In this document: in pieces, positions 55,820-64,000 of the stretch
Position numbering within the stretch: the first letter of the stretch is position 1
Layout: every line of letters starts with the position of its first letter
Source: Minisyncoccota bacterium
GTDB lineage: Bacteria > Patescibacteriota > Minisyncoccia > UBA6257 > UBA9933
Length of the DNA stretch: 64,000 nucleotides
Assembly (NCBI GenBank): GCA_041653755.1
Contig: JBAZEU010000001.1
Location: forward strand, 1,398 to 65,397
Direction of reading: 5' to 3'
Program-made: the position numbers and the translations under genes
The notes under the pieces: generated by a model
Databases searched by the model: none
What the model saw: the letters and a program-made list of their open reading frames with translations, nothing else
What the model was told of the DNA's origin: nothing

Positions 55820-57874
55820 ATGTCTAAACTAGCAAAAGGTATTGCTGTTATTGGAGTGCTCAGTATGTTAGCTCCAACTGTTTTTGGTGTTTCGGTTAGT
55901 GACTTACAAGGTCAACTTGATGCTCTTTTAGTCCAACTTCACTCCTTACAGGCTCAATTAAGCGCGCTAAATACTTCTAATGTCTTCAATTTTAGCGTCA
56001 ACCTAACTTTTGGTTCAGTCGGGAGTCAGGTTTCTGCTCTTCAGAACTTTTTGGTGTCACAGAATGTTGGCCTGGCAGCTCTGGCTCTGGCTCGTCATGG
56101 AACAACCCAGAATTTTGGCAGTTTAACTAAAGCAGCCCTCATTGAATACCAGCAGTCAGCTGGCATTTCTCCAGCTATTGGATATTTTGGTCCCATTACC
56201 AGAAATTACATTAACTCTTTGAGGAATAACACCGACAACACGAATAACACGACTACCAATACTTCTGGTTTATCTTTTTCAACTTCAACAACTTCAAACG
56301 AATTAATTGGTTTAGTTCCAGTTGTTTCTACTAATTCAGCTATCAACGTATATGACACTTCAGCTATTTTAAGGGGAGAAACAGATTCTTCTGCTGGTCT
56401 GGTTGGTTTTGATTACGGTCTGACCTCCAGCTACGGTTCAGAGACCACTTCTACCGGCAATGGAATGTTTTCTTCGTATCTTTCTGGCTTATCAGGCAAT
56501 ACCACCTATCATTTCAGAGCCAAAGCTAAGAATTCAGCTGGCTGGGGGTATGGAGGTGATCAAACCTTAACTACTGCCACGGTCTTAAATTATTCAGTCC
56601 CGCAAGGAGACAATAGTGTGGTTATTTCTATCCCTACTTTAACCACAGATGCAGCTACAGCTTTAGCAGCGACCACTGCTACCTTAAATGGAACTATTAC
56701 TGATGAAGGAGGAGCTTCTTCTACGATAACTGGTTTTGATTACGGTCTGACAAATGCGTACGGCACTGAAGCCACTTCCACCTATGCCGGAGGAGCAGCT
56801 GCGTTCTCAAAAGATATTACGAGTTTAGCCAGCAATACCACCTACCATTTCAGATCTAAGGCTAAAAATTCTGCTGGTTGGGGTTATGGAGCGGATGCAA
56901 TATTAACTACCGCCTTAGCTCCTCCAACTGTGACCACTAACGCTGCCACCAGCGTAGCTACTTCTACCGCTACCTTCAATGGTTCTATCACTTCTGAAGG
57001 AGATGCTTCTTCCACTATTACTGGTTTTGATTACGGGTTAACAGACAGTTACGGTTCAGAAGCTACTTCTACTTACGCAGCTGGAGTAGGAGCATTTAAC
57101 AAAGCTATCACTGGTTTAACTTCTGGCGCTACTTATCATCTTAGAGCCAAATCCTACAATGCAGGAGGTTGGGGTTATGGGAGTGATGGAACGTTAACGA
57201 CAGCAGATCAATACGCCAAACTTCTACTGCATATGGACGGGGTTAATGAGTCTACTAGTTTCCCTGATTCTTCGTTTTATAATCATACGATGACGGCTCA
57301 AGGTGGCGTCCAAGTAGATACCAGCAATTACAAATTCCCGACTGGCGGATGCAATTTTGTATCCGATGGAAATTATCTTTCTTCGGCTACTAGCGAAGAT
57401 TGGCATTTTAGTACAGGTGATTTTACAATTGACTTCTGGGTGAAATTTAATTCGTTGGGTACGGAGAAAGCATTAGTTGTCATATTTGATGCGAATCTTC
57501 CTGCTCCAGTTACCTTGAATGTTGTCAGGACATCAGATAATAAATTAGCGGCTGCTATGAGTACTCCGAATCACGGGCCAGTAACCACTAATGCTGTATT
57601 TACTCAAACTGGAGTTTGGTATCATGTGGCTATTGAAAAAAGTGGAGGATCCACAAACCCTTTATTCTTTATCAATGGAGTGCAGCAAACAATTACTAGC
57701 AGCGCTTGGGGAGATGCTTTGTGGCCTGCAGATCTTCCGTGGAAAACTACCTTATATGTTGGTTATTCTCCTTGGCATGGCAGCGGGATAGACGGATATA
57801 TCGATGAGCTTAGAATCAGTAAAGGCATCGCTCGTTGGACTTCCAATTTTACCCCGCCAACAACTCCGTACTAA
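55820..57874 (+). CDS. Secreted surface protein: signal peptide, coiled coil, PG-binding-like domain, three ~100-aa repeats (YHFRAKAKNSAGWGYG), and a C-terminal LamG-like domain paralogous to the pilin-like protein.
   Basis: The repeats GFDYGLT..YG(S/T)E.TST......YHFR.KAKNSAGWGYG occur three times. The C-terminus is LLLHMDG...FTIDFW...RISKGIARWTSNFTPPTTPY. Confidence 0.65.
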   Translation: MSKLAKGIAVIGVLSMLAPTVFGVSVSDLQGQLDALLVQLHSLQAQLSALNTSNVFNFSVNLTFGSVGSQVSALQNFLVSQNVGLAALALARHGTTQNFGSLTKAALIEYQQSAGISPAIGYFGPITRNYINSLRNNTDNTNNTTTNTSGLSFSTSTTSNELIGLVPVVSTNSAINVYDTSAILRGETDSSAGLVGFDYGLTSSYGSETTSTGNGMFSSYLSGLSGNTTYHFRAKAKNSAGWGYGGDQTLTTATVLNYSVPQGDNSVVISIPTLTTDAATALAATTATLNGTITDEGGASSTITGFDYGLTNAYGTEATSTYAGGAAAFSKDITSLASNTTYHFRSKAKNSAGWGYGADAILTTALAPPTVTTNAATSVATSTATFNGSITSEGDASSTITGFDYGLTDSYGSEATSTYAAGVGAFNKAITGLTSGATYHLRAKSYNAGGWGYGSDGTLTTADQYAKLLLHMDGVNESTSFPDSSFYNHTMTAQGGVQVDTSNYKFPTGGCNFVSDGNYLSSATSEDWHFSTGDFTIDFWVKFNSLGTEKALVVIFDANLPAPVTLNVVRTSDNKLAAAMSTPNHGPVTTNAVFTQTGVWYHVAIEKSGGSTNPLFFINGVQQTITSSAWGDALWPADLPWKTTLYVGYSPWHGSGIDGYIDELRISKGIARWTSNFTPPTTPY

Positions 57875-57890
57875 AGATTTGAATTGTCAA

Positions 57891-57923
57891 AACTAAAAAC
57901 CCCCGATTTTGTCGGGGGCTTTT
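57891..57923. terminator. Bidirectional terminator.
   Basis: aaaaacccccgattttgtcgggggctttt. Confidence 0.6.
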
Positions 57924-57927
57924 AGTT

Positions 57928-58125
57928 TTATCTTCGGAAAGATCCTCGATCTTGTCTAAAAGATCTTACTCTTTCTCGATGACAATCGCGGCACAAGAGT
58001 TTGTCCAATTTAGTTGGATCTGGCTCGAATGGAAGCTCTGTAATATCGCCTCCACACTTTGCACATTTCCAGCTGCCCTGGTACATTTTTCTCTCAAAAC
58101 CGCCTTGGTTATTATCGAAAGCCAT
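57928..58125 (-). CDS. Small zinc-ribbon protein (CxxC...CxxC).
   Basis: CAKCGG...CRDCH. Confidence 0.4.
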   Translation of the reverse strand: MAFDNNQGGFERKMYQGSWKCAKCGGDITELPFEPDPTKLDKLLCRDCHRERVRSFRQDRGSFRR

Positions 58126-58228
58126 TTTGTCGTATTTTAATTAATGATTCGTCCCTTTTAAATTAGCTTGAGACAAAATGGCATAATAGACATTTTTCCA
58201 CTTTGCTTTGCTACTTTCTATTAGTATA

Positions 58229-58897
58229 TCAGTTATTCAAAAATTTATCAATAGAGGTTTTGAAAGCGTCATACGGTTGTTCGCCAACAATTGTTTCGGT
58301 GTTTATAAAGAAAGTTGGTGTTCCTTCCACTTTTGCTATTTGAGCATCATCAGACCATTGTTGGACTTTGTCTAAATATTTTCCCGCGGTATAGCAATCA
58401 GAGAATTTATTTTCGTCTAGCCCTAACTCCTTGGCGATTTTTTTCGTTGAGGGCAAAACATCATCTACGGTTTTAACGTTATCGGTTAGTTCCTGGGTAT
58501 GCTCGAAAAGATAATCGGAAAATTCCCAGTATTTGTTTTGTTCGCCAGCACAAAAAGTCGCTTGAGCCAATTCAGCCGGCAAAGAACGTAAGATAAATTT
58601 TACTTTTCCGGTATCAATGTAATCTTTTTTCAGTTGAGGAAAGGTTGTCTCGTAGAAACTTATACAATGACTGCAAAAATAACTTGAGTATTCGACGATA
58701 GTTACGGGCGCATCTTTACTCCCCAAGAAATTTTCACCGGTTACGTCTACATTTCTTGCGTCAAGAACGCTGGCTGTTTGATTCTGGTTGTTCGGATTAT
58801 TAATTTTTTTCAGATTGATTGTGTAATAAAAAATAGAACCGGAGATTAATACTGCGGCGGCTAAAATACTTATGATTAATAATTTTTGATTTTTCAT
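58229..58897 (-). CDS. DsbA-like thiol:disulfide oxidoreductase, membrane-anchored.
   Basis: N-terminal TM and the CSHC active site in a thioredoxin-fold context. Confidence 0.7.
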   Translation of the reverse strand: MKNQKLLIISILAAAVLISGSIFYYTINLKKINNPNNQNQTASVLDARNVDVTGENFLGSKDAPVTIVEYSSYFCSHCISFYETTFPQLKKDYIDTGKVKFILRSLPAELAQATFCAGEQNKYWEFSDYLFEHTQELTDNVKTVDDVLPSTKKIAKELGLDENKFSDCYTAGKYLDKVQQWSDDAQIAKVEGTPTFFINTETIVGEQPYDAFKTSIDKFLNN

Positions 58898-58926
58898 GTG
58901 ATATATTCTATGCTTCTAAAATATCA

Positions 58927-60393
58927 ATGTCAATCTTAGCCAAAGTAAAACATCTTCTTTTCAGAAATAGGACGGTTGGTCAGACCATTGCTAAGAACAC
59001 TTTTTGGCTAACTTTCGGAGAAATAACAGGCCGGATTTTAAGAACGGGCGTTGTTATTTATGCCGCCAGGGTTTTGGGTGCCGAGGGTTGGGGAGTGTTT
59101 TCTTATGCGATGAGCTTAGCTGCTCTTTTTACAATTTTTTCTGACGTTGGATTAAGCGCGGTTTTAATTCGTGAAGGAGCGAAAAATCCCGAAACCAGAG
59201 AAAAATATTTTGTTACGACTCTTGTGATAAAGTTATTTCTGATAGTTTTTAGTTTCATTGTTGTTATGCTTGGCGCTCCGCACTTTACAAAAATACCGCT
59301 TTCAACCAATCTTTTGCTTTTTATAGCCCTTCTTTTATCATTTGATTCTCTAAGGGGCTTTGGCGTTTCGCTTTTTAGGGCGGTAGAAAAAATGGAAATG
59401 GAGGCTTTTTCTAATATTCTCACACAGGGTGTGATTTTAATTGCTGGGATTTTAATACTTATTTTTTCTCCTTCTCCAGAACATTTAGCTATTACTTACG
59501 CAATAGGCAGTGCAGCGGGGTTGCTATTGACGGTTATTTCTATCTGGCCCTATTTTAAGAAATTTTGGCAACATTTTGATAAAAATTTACTTAAGCCGAT
59601 TTTTAAGGCTGCTTGGCCTTTTGGTGTAGCTGGTCTTATGGGCGCGGTTATGATAAACACCGATACGATTATTATTGGCTGGCTTAAAACAGCGGCAGAT
59701 GTCGGGTATTATTCGGCTGCTCAGAAACCAATACTTTTGTTATATATGCTTCCTTCATTGATTGCTGGCGGATTTTTCCCGGTTTTGGCAAAACTTGCGA
59801 ATAAAGACAATGAAAGATTTAGGTACACTCTGGAAAGAGGATTAGCTTTTGTCTTTCTTTTGGCCATACCTTTTACAGTTGGAATTATTTTAACTTCTGG
59901 TCAGATAATTCATCTTCTTTTCGGAAACGCATATTTTAATTTACCAACCATATTAACGCTTCAGTTTTTAGCCATAACATTGATTACTAATTTCCCAATG
60001 AATTTATTGGTTAATTCTGTTTTTGCGTATGATAGACAAAAAGATTTAATTATTTTTTGGACAATTGGAGCGATTGGCAACGCTGTTTTCGATTTGCTTT
60101 TGATTCCGATTTGGGGAATCGCCGGCGCAGCATTAGCCACGGTTATTATGCAGGCTATTAGTAATGGTTTAATTTGGTGGAAGATGAAAAAAATCAATAA
60201 TTTTTCGGTTTTAAAATATTTTCCGAAAATTATTATTGCGACAATCGTAATGACGATCGTCGTCATTCTTTCGAACCGTTTGAACATGCCGATTTTGGTG
60301 ACTGTACCCGTTGCGGCTATTATCTATCTTTTAACTTTAGTGCTTCTTAAAGAAAAGATGATTCTTCAAATGAAGACCTTGCTTAAAACATGA
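58927..60393 (+). CDS. Polysaccharide biosynthesis protein / Wzx-type flippase (MOP superfamily).
   Basis: About 12-14 TM helices across 488 aa, with a typical N-terminal KNT.W...GE..GR motif. Confidence 0.75.
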   Translation: MSILAKVKHLLFRNRTVGQTIAKNTFWLTFGEITGRILRTGVVIYAARVLGAEGWGVFSYAMSLAALFTIFSDVGLSAVLIREGAKNPETREKYFVTTLVIKLFLIVFSFIVVMLGAPHFTKIPLSTNLLLFIALLLSFDSLRGFGVSLFRAVEKMEMEAFSNILTQGVILIAGILILIFSPSPEHLAITYAIGSAAGLLLTVISIWPYFKKFWQHFDKNLLKPIFKAAWPFGVAGLMGAVMINTDTIIIGWLKTAADVGYYSAAQKPILLLYMLPSLIAGGFFPVLAKLANKDNERFRYTLERGLAFVFLLAIPFTVGIILTSGQIIHLLFGNAYFNLPTILTLQFLAITLITNFPMNLLVNSVFAYDRQKDLIIFWTIGAIGNAVFDLLLIPIWGIAGAALATVIMQAISNGLIWWKMKKINNFSVLKYFPKIIIATIVMTIVVILSNRLNMPILVTVPVAAIIYLLTLVLLKEKMILQMKTLLKT

Positions 60394-61001
60394 TTACTAT
60401 TATCGATTACAAAACAGGGAATATCGGGTCGATACTTAACATGCTTAAAAAAATTGGTGTAGAGGCCAATATTTCTTCCGACATTAAAGATATTAAAAAA
60501 TCTGACAAATTGATTCTTCCTGGCGTCGGTGCGTTTAACACCGGTATGGAGAATCTTCAACAGCTGGGCTTAATCTCGCTTCTTAACGACGAAGTTATAA
60601 ATCATAAAAAACCGATTTTAGGGCTTTGTCTCGGGATGCAATTACTCGCTCGAAAAAGCGAAGAGGGAAATCTTTTTGGTTTGTCATGGCTTGATGCCGA
60701 AGTGGTAAAATTCAAATTTGATGATAAAAATTTAAAAATTCCTCATATGGGCTGGAATACGATAATTCCAAAGAGACAATCATCGCTTTTAACAGGTCTA
60801 GATTCAGATTATAGATTTTATTTTGTCCACTCATATCATTTCGAATGCAGAGATTCAAAAGATATACTTGCCAATACTTTTTATGGCTATGAATTTCCGT
60901 CAATCGTTCAAAAAGGGAATATTTATGGAGTTCAATTCCATCCTGAAAAAAGCCATAAATTCGGCATGAAATTATTAAAAAATTTTGCGGAGTTTTGCTA
61001 A
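60390..61001 (+). CDS. Glutamine amidotransferase, HisH paralogue (WbuY-like).
   Basis: The catalytic triad context is GLCLGMQLL and HSYHF. Overlaps the flippase stop. Confidence 0.8.
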   Translation: MITIIDYKTGNIGSILNMLKKIGVEANISSDIKDIKKSDKLILPGVGAFNTGMENLQQLGLISLLNDEVINHKKPILGLCLGMQLLARKSEEGNLFGLSWLDAEVVKFKFDDKNLKIPHMGWNTIIPKRQSSLLTGLDSDYRFYFVHSYHFECRDSKDILANTFYGYEFPSIVQKGNIYGVQFHPEKSHKFGMKLLKNFAEFC

Positions 61002-61761
61002 TATGCTTAAAACACGAGTAATTCCTTGTCTTTTGTTGCAAAACGATATTTTAGTAAAAACGATCGGTTTCAAAAATCCGAAGTATATCGGCGATCCGAT
61101 AAACGCTATTAGAATATTTAACGAGAAAGAAGTTGATGAACTGGTTCTTTTGGATGTAACCGCTACAATCGAAAATAAAAAACTGCCGATAAAAATCCTT
61201 GAAAAAATTGCTGCTGAATGTTTTATGCCTCTTGCTTATGGCGGTGGAATAAAAACCATCGAAGAAATCAAGCAGCTTTTTAATTTAGGGATTGAAAAAG
61301 TCGTAATAAACAGTTGCGCTGCGGAAAATCCGGCGTTTATAAAACAGGCGGCTGAAAATTTCGGAAGTCAAAGCATAGTTGTTTCAATTGATGCGCGAAA
61401 AAATGAATTGGGTGCATATGAAGTAATCGCCAGCAGCGGCACTAAGTCGACAGGGAAGAATCCTGTTGATTTTGCGATGGAGATGGCTATGATTGGGGCA
61501 GGGGAAATTTTTCTAAATTCCATTGATAAAGACGGCGCAATGACTGGTTATGACGTTGAATTAATAGAAAAAGTTGCAAAAGCCGTAAATATTCCGGTCA
61601 TCGCTTCAGGCGGAGCCGGAAAAATCGAAGATTTCAAGACGGCAGTTGACGCCGGCGCTTCGGCCGTCGCCGCAGCAAGTATGTTCGTATTCTACGGAAA
61701 GAACCGCGCCGTTTTAATAAGCTATCCGACCCAAGAAGAATTAAAAAAAGTTTTGAGCTAA
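60985..61761 (+). CDS. HisF-like cyclase subunit (WbuZ-like).
   Basis: (beta/alpha)8 HisA/HisF family motifs VIPCLLL..., GGGIKT and ASGGAGK. Confidence 0.8.
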   Translation: MRSFANMLKTRVIPCLLLQNDILVKTIGFKNPKYIGDPINAIRIFNEKEVDELVLLDVTATIENKKLPIKILEKIAAECFMPLAYGGGIKTIEEIKQLFNLGIEKVVINSCAAENPAFIKQAAENFGSQSIVVSIDARKNELGAYEVIASSGTKSTGKNPVDFAMEMAMIGAGEIFLNSIDKDGAMTGYDVELIEKVAKAVNIPVIASGGAGKIEDFKTAVDAGASAVAAASMFVFYGKNRAVLISYPTQEELKKVLS

Positions 61762-61770
61762 AATTAAACT

Positions 61771-62904
61771 ATGAGAAGAAAATATCAAATTTGTGCGCGT
61801 TGCATAATGGATACGACCGATCCGGAAATTACCTTCGATGAAGATGGCATTTGTAATCATTGTCGGAAATATGATGAACGGGCAAAGAACGAACTTTATT
61901 ACAATATGCCTGATAGCAAAGAAAGGTTGGGACGATTAGTCCAAAAAATAAAAAAAGACGGTGAAGGCAAAGAATATGATTGTATCATCGGCGTAAGCGG
62001 CGGGAGAGATAGCACGACAGTCGCTCATATAATAAAAAAATTGGGGTTGAGACCGCTTGCCGTCCATGTTGATAATGGCTGGGACGCGGAATTGGCCGTG
62101 TCTAATATCGAGAAAACCTTGAAAAACTTAGAAATTGAACTATACACTCGTGTTCTTGATTGGGAAGAATTTAAAGATTTGCAAATTTCATTCTTGAAGG
62201 CCTCAGTCGCAAATTGCGAAATACCGACTGATCACGCCATAGTAGCAACGCTTTACCGGATGGCTGCTCAAAAAAAGATAAAATATATTTTAAGCGGCGG
62301 TAATCTCGTCACCGAGGGCATCATACCGGAAAGTTGGGGTTATGATGCAAAAGATTTAAAACACATAAAAGCCATTCATAAGAAATTTGGAAAGACGTCG
62401 CTTAAAAACTTTCCGACTCTTAGTTTTTTGGATTGGTTTAATTATGTTATCTTAAGGGGCATAAAATTCATCCCGATTTTGAATTACGTCAAATATGACA
62501 AAAAAGAATCGCGTCAAATATTAGAAAAAGAAATTGGCTGGAGGGATTATGGAATTAAACATGGTGAATCAATCTACACTCGATTTTTCCAGAATTATAT
62601 TCTTTTCAGAAAATTCCACTTTGACAAAAGACGAGCTCATTTATCTACGCTTGTTTGCTCAGGTCAGATGACCAGAGATGAAGCGCTTAAGGAAATAAAT
62701 ATCCCGCCGTATCAGACGGAAAAAGAGATGAGGGAAGACAAAGAATATGTCACAAAAAAGTTAGGGGTTACCGAAAAAGAATTCGACGGAATAATGGCTT
62801 TACCGGTCAAAACATATAAAGATTATCCGAATAATCATTTTCTTTTCAACGAACTCAACTTTATCGTTAAATTAATCAAACGAATGGCCACTCGTAATTA
62901 CTAA
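61771..62904 (+). CDS. N-acetyl sugar amidotransferase (WbpG/WbuX-like PP-loop ATPase).
   Basis: N-terminal Zn ribbon CARC...CNHC, then the PP-loop SGGRDS. Confidence 0.7.
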   Translation: MRRKYQICARCIMDTTDPEITFDEDGICNHCRKYDERAKNELYYNMPDSKERLGRLVQKIKKDGEGKEYDCIIGVSGGRDSTTVAHIIKKLGLRPLAVHVDNGWDAELAVSNIEKTLKNLEIELYTRVLDWEEFKDLQISFLKASVANCEIPTDHAIVATLYRMAAQKKIKYILSGGNLVTEGIIPESWGYDAKDLKHIKAIHKKFGKTSLKNFPTLSFLDWFNYVILRGIKFIPILNYVKYDKKESRQILEKEIGWRDYGIKHGESIYTRFFQNYILFRKFHFDKRRAHLSTLVCSGQMTRDEALKEINIPPYQTEKEMREDKEYVTKKLGVTEKEFDGIMALPVKTYKDYPNNHFLFNELNFIVKLIKRMATRNY

Positions 62905-62905
62905 G

Positions 62906-64000
62906 ATGAAATTATGCTTTCTGATAAATATTAACGACAATCATTGTAGGAAATGGGTGAATTATTTTGCCGAAAAAGGCCACGAAATTCATGTGATTTC
63001 AGAATCGTCGGATTATATAAACGAGATCAAAAAACCAAATATTAAAATACATTTGCTTAAAAGTTATCGCGTTAAAGCTTTAAGCATAATTTTGAATATA
63101 TCTGCTGCCAGAAGATTAATAAAGGAGATAAATCCTGATATTCTACATGCGCTTTATGCCGGTGTAAGCGGTATGCTCGGGTCTTTAAGTGATTTTCATC
63201 CTTTCCTACTAACTACTTTCGGATCAGATATTCTTATTAATTCGAAAGCAAAGTTATTAAAACCTTCCATAAAGTTCATGTTAAATAAGGCCGATTTGAT
63301 AACTTGTAATGGGCAAATGCTTTTCGATGAATTATTAAAGCTTGGAATAAAAACTCAAAAAATAAGATATATTTATTGGGGGACTGATACTAAAAAATTT
63401 AGCCCTGGACCAAGGAAAAAAGAGATTAGAGAAGAACTTCATGTATTTGATTCCCCCATGATAATAAGCTTAAGGAACTTTGAACCCGTATATGACATTG
63501 AAACTTTAATCAAAGCCGTACCAATCGTTTTACAGTCTAGCCCCGATGTAAAATTTGTAATAGCTGGAGACGGTTCTTTGAAAAATAAACTTGTTGATAT
63601 GGCAAAAGACTTGGGTGTTATCGGAAATATCAGATTTGTCGGTTGGCTTCAATACGAAAAACTTCCAGATTATTTAAGGTCTGCTGATGTCTATGTTTCT
63701 ACCTCTTTGTCAGATGGCGATTTAGCGCAAAGCACCCAGCAAGCGATGGCATGCAATGTGCCGATAGTAACTAACGATTTAATAGTTAATACAAACAGAA
63801 TAAATGACGGGGAAAACGGTTTTATCTTTCCGACAAAAGATTATCGTCTTTTAGCGGAAAAAATTATAATATTATTGAAAAATAATGATCTTAGGGTTAA
63901 AATGGGTGAGGCTGGAAGAAGGACAATTGATGAAAATCTTAATTATTATAAAAATATGGAAGAAGCAGAAAATCTCTATAACGAATTGAATAGAAATAAA
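62906..64000 (+). CDS. Glycosyltransferase family 4, 3'-truncated by the window end.
   Basis: The ORF is open to the window end. GT4 C-terminal motif E..G....EAMACNVPIV present. Absent from the ORF track because no stop falls inside the window. Confidence 0.65.
   Translation, partial: MKLCFLININDNHCRKWVNYFAEKGHEIHVISESSDYINEIKKPNIKIHLLKSYRVKALSIILNISAARRLIKEINPDILHALYAGVSGMLGSLSDFHPFLLTTFGSDILINSKAKLLKPSIKFMLNKADLITCNGQMLFDELLKLGIKTQKIRYIYWGTDTKKFSPGPRKKEIREELHVFDSPMIISLRNFEPVYDIETLIKAVPIVLQSSPDVKFVIAGDGSLKNKLVDMAKDLGVIGNIRFVGWLQYEKLPDYLRSADVYVSTSLSDGDLAQSTQQAMACNVPIVTNDLIVNTNRINDGENGFIFPTKDYRLLAEKIIILLKNNDLRVKMGEAGRRTIDENLNYYKNMEEAENLYNELNRNK

Noticed and set aside
1-64000. CRISPR array, transposase or IS element, rRNA, tmRNA, RNase P RNA.
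   Set aside because: No run of regularly spaced direct repeats, no DDE or HUH transposase-like ORF, and no sequence resembling these RNAs was found. The Cas4-like fragment at 1-493 is the only CRISPR-associated family member, and it is orphan within the window.

Overview
This 64 kb window reads as a small-genome, low-GC bacterium: densely packed genes, short intergenic regions, and both RNase Y and RNase J present. The gene content (pilin-like adhesins, S/T-rich surface proteins, few biosynthetic genes) resembles Patescibacteria/CPR-type genomes, but that is inference only. The window falls into four parts. (1) 1-6560 is a same-strand, translationally coupled defence operon: an alpha-class amino-DNA methyltransferase, a PD-(D/E)xK restriction endonuclease, a HEPN (Rx4H) protein, and a 957-aa protein fusing an N-terminal PHP phosphoesterase to an SMC/Rad50-like ABC ATPase with a long coiled coil. 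A Cas4-like nuclease fragment and a small RHH-like ORF precede it. The HEPN + PHP::ATPase pair is the best candidate here for an undescribed defence module. (2) 6.7-15.6 kb is repeat-rich and accessory-like. It holds a type-IV-pilin-like protein with a C-terminal LamG-like lectin domain, a dCMP deaminase, orphan ORFs, pyrF and a pyrE-like gene, a large unknown protein with a PD-(D/E)xK-like C-terminus, a dispersed ~190 bp repeat family (two full and two partial copies) and a twice-occurring structured 5' leader RNA motif with compensatory base changes. (3) 16-48 kb is housekeeping core: xerC/D, rpsO-NYN-pnp-nusA-clpP, trpS, rnj, tRNA-Leu/Gly/Ala, an Opp-like SBP, secG, gpmI, rny, hup, ECF sigma/anti-sigma, glyA-folD-dgkA, recA, rodZ-like, ftsK, htrA-like and clpB. 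(4) 48-64 kb is a cell-surface island: two O-antigen-ligase/PglL-like Wzy_C+TPR membrane proteins, paralogous S/T-rich surface proteins (one sharing the LamG C-terminus of the pilin-like protein), glutaredoxin, DsbA-like, a Wzx flippase, a HisH/HisF/WbpG-type amidotransferase trio and a GT4 glycosyltransferase. No CRISPR array, transposase or rRNA was seen. All family assignments rest on motif recognition by eye, so confidences are set accordingly.
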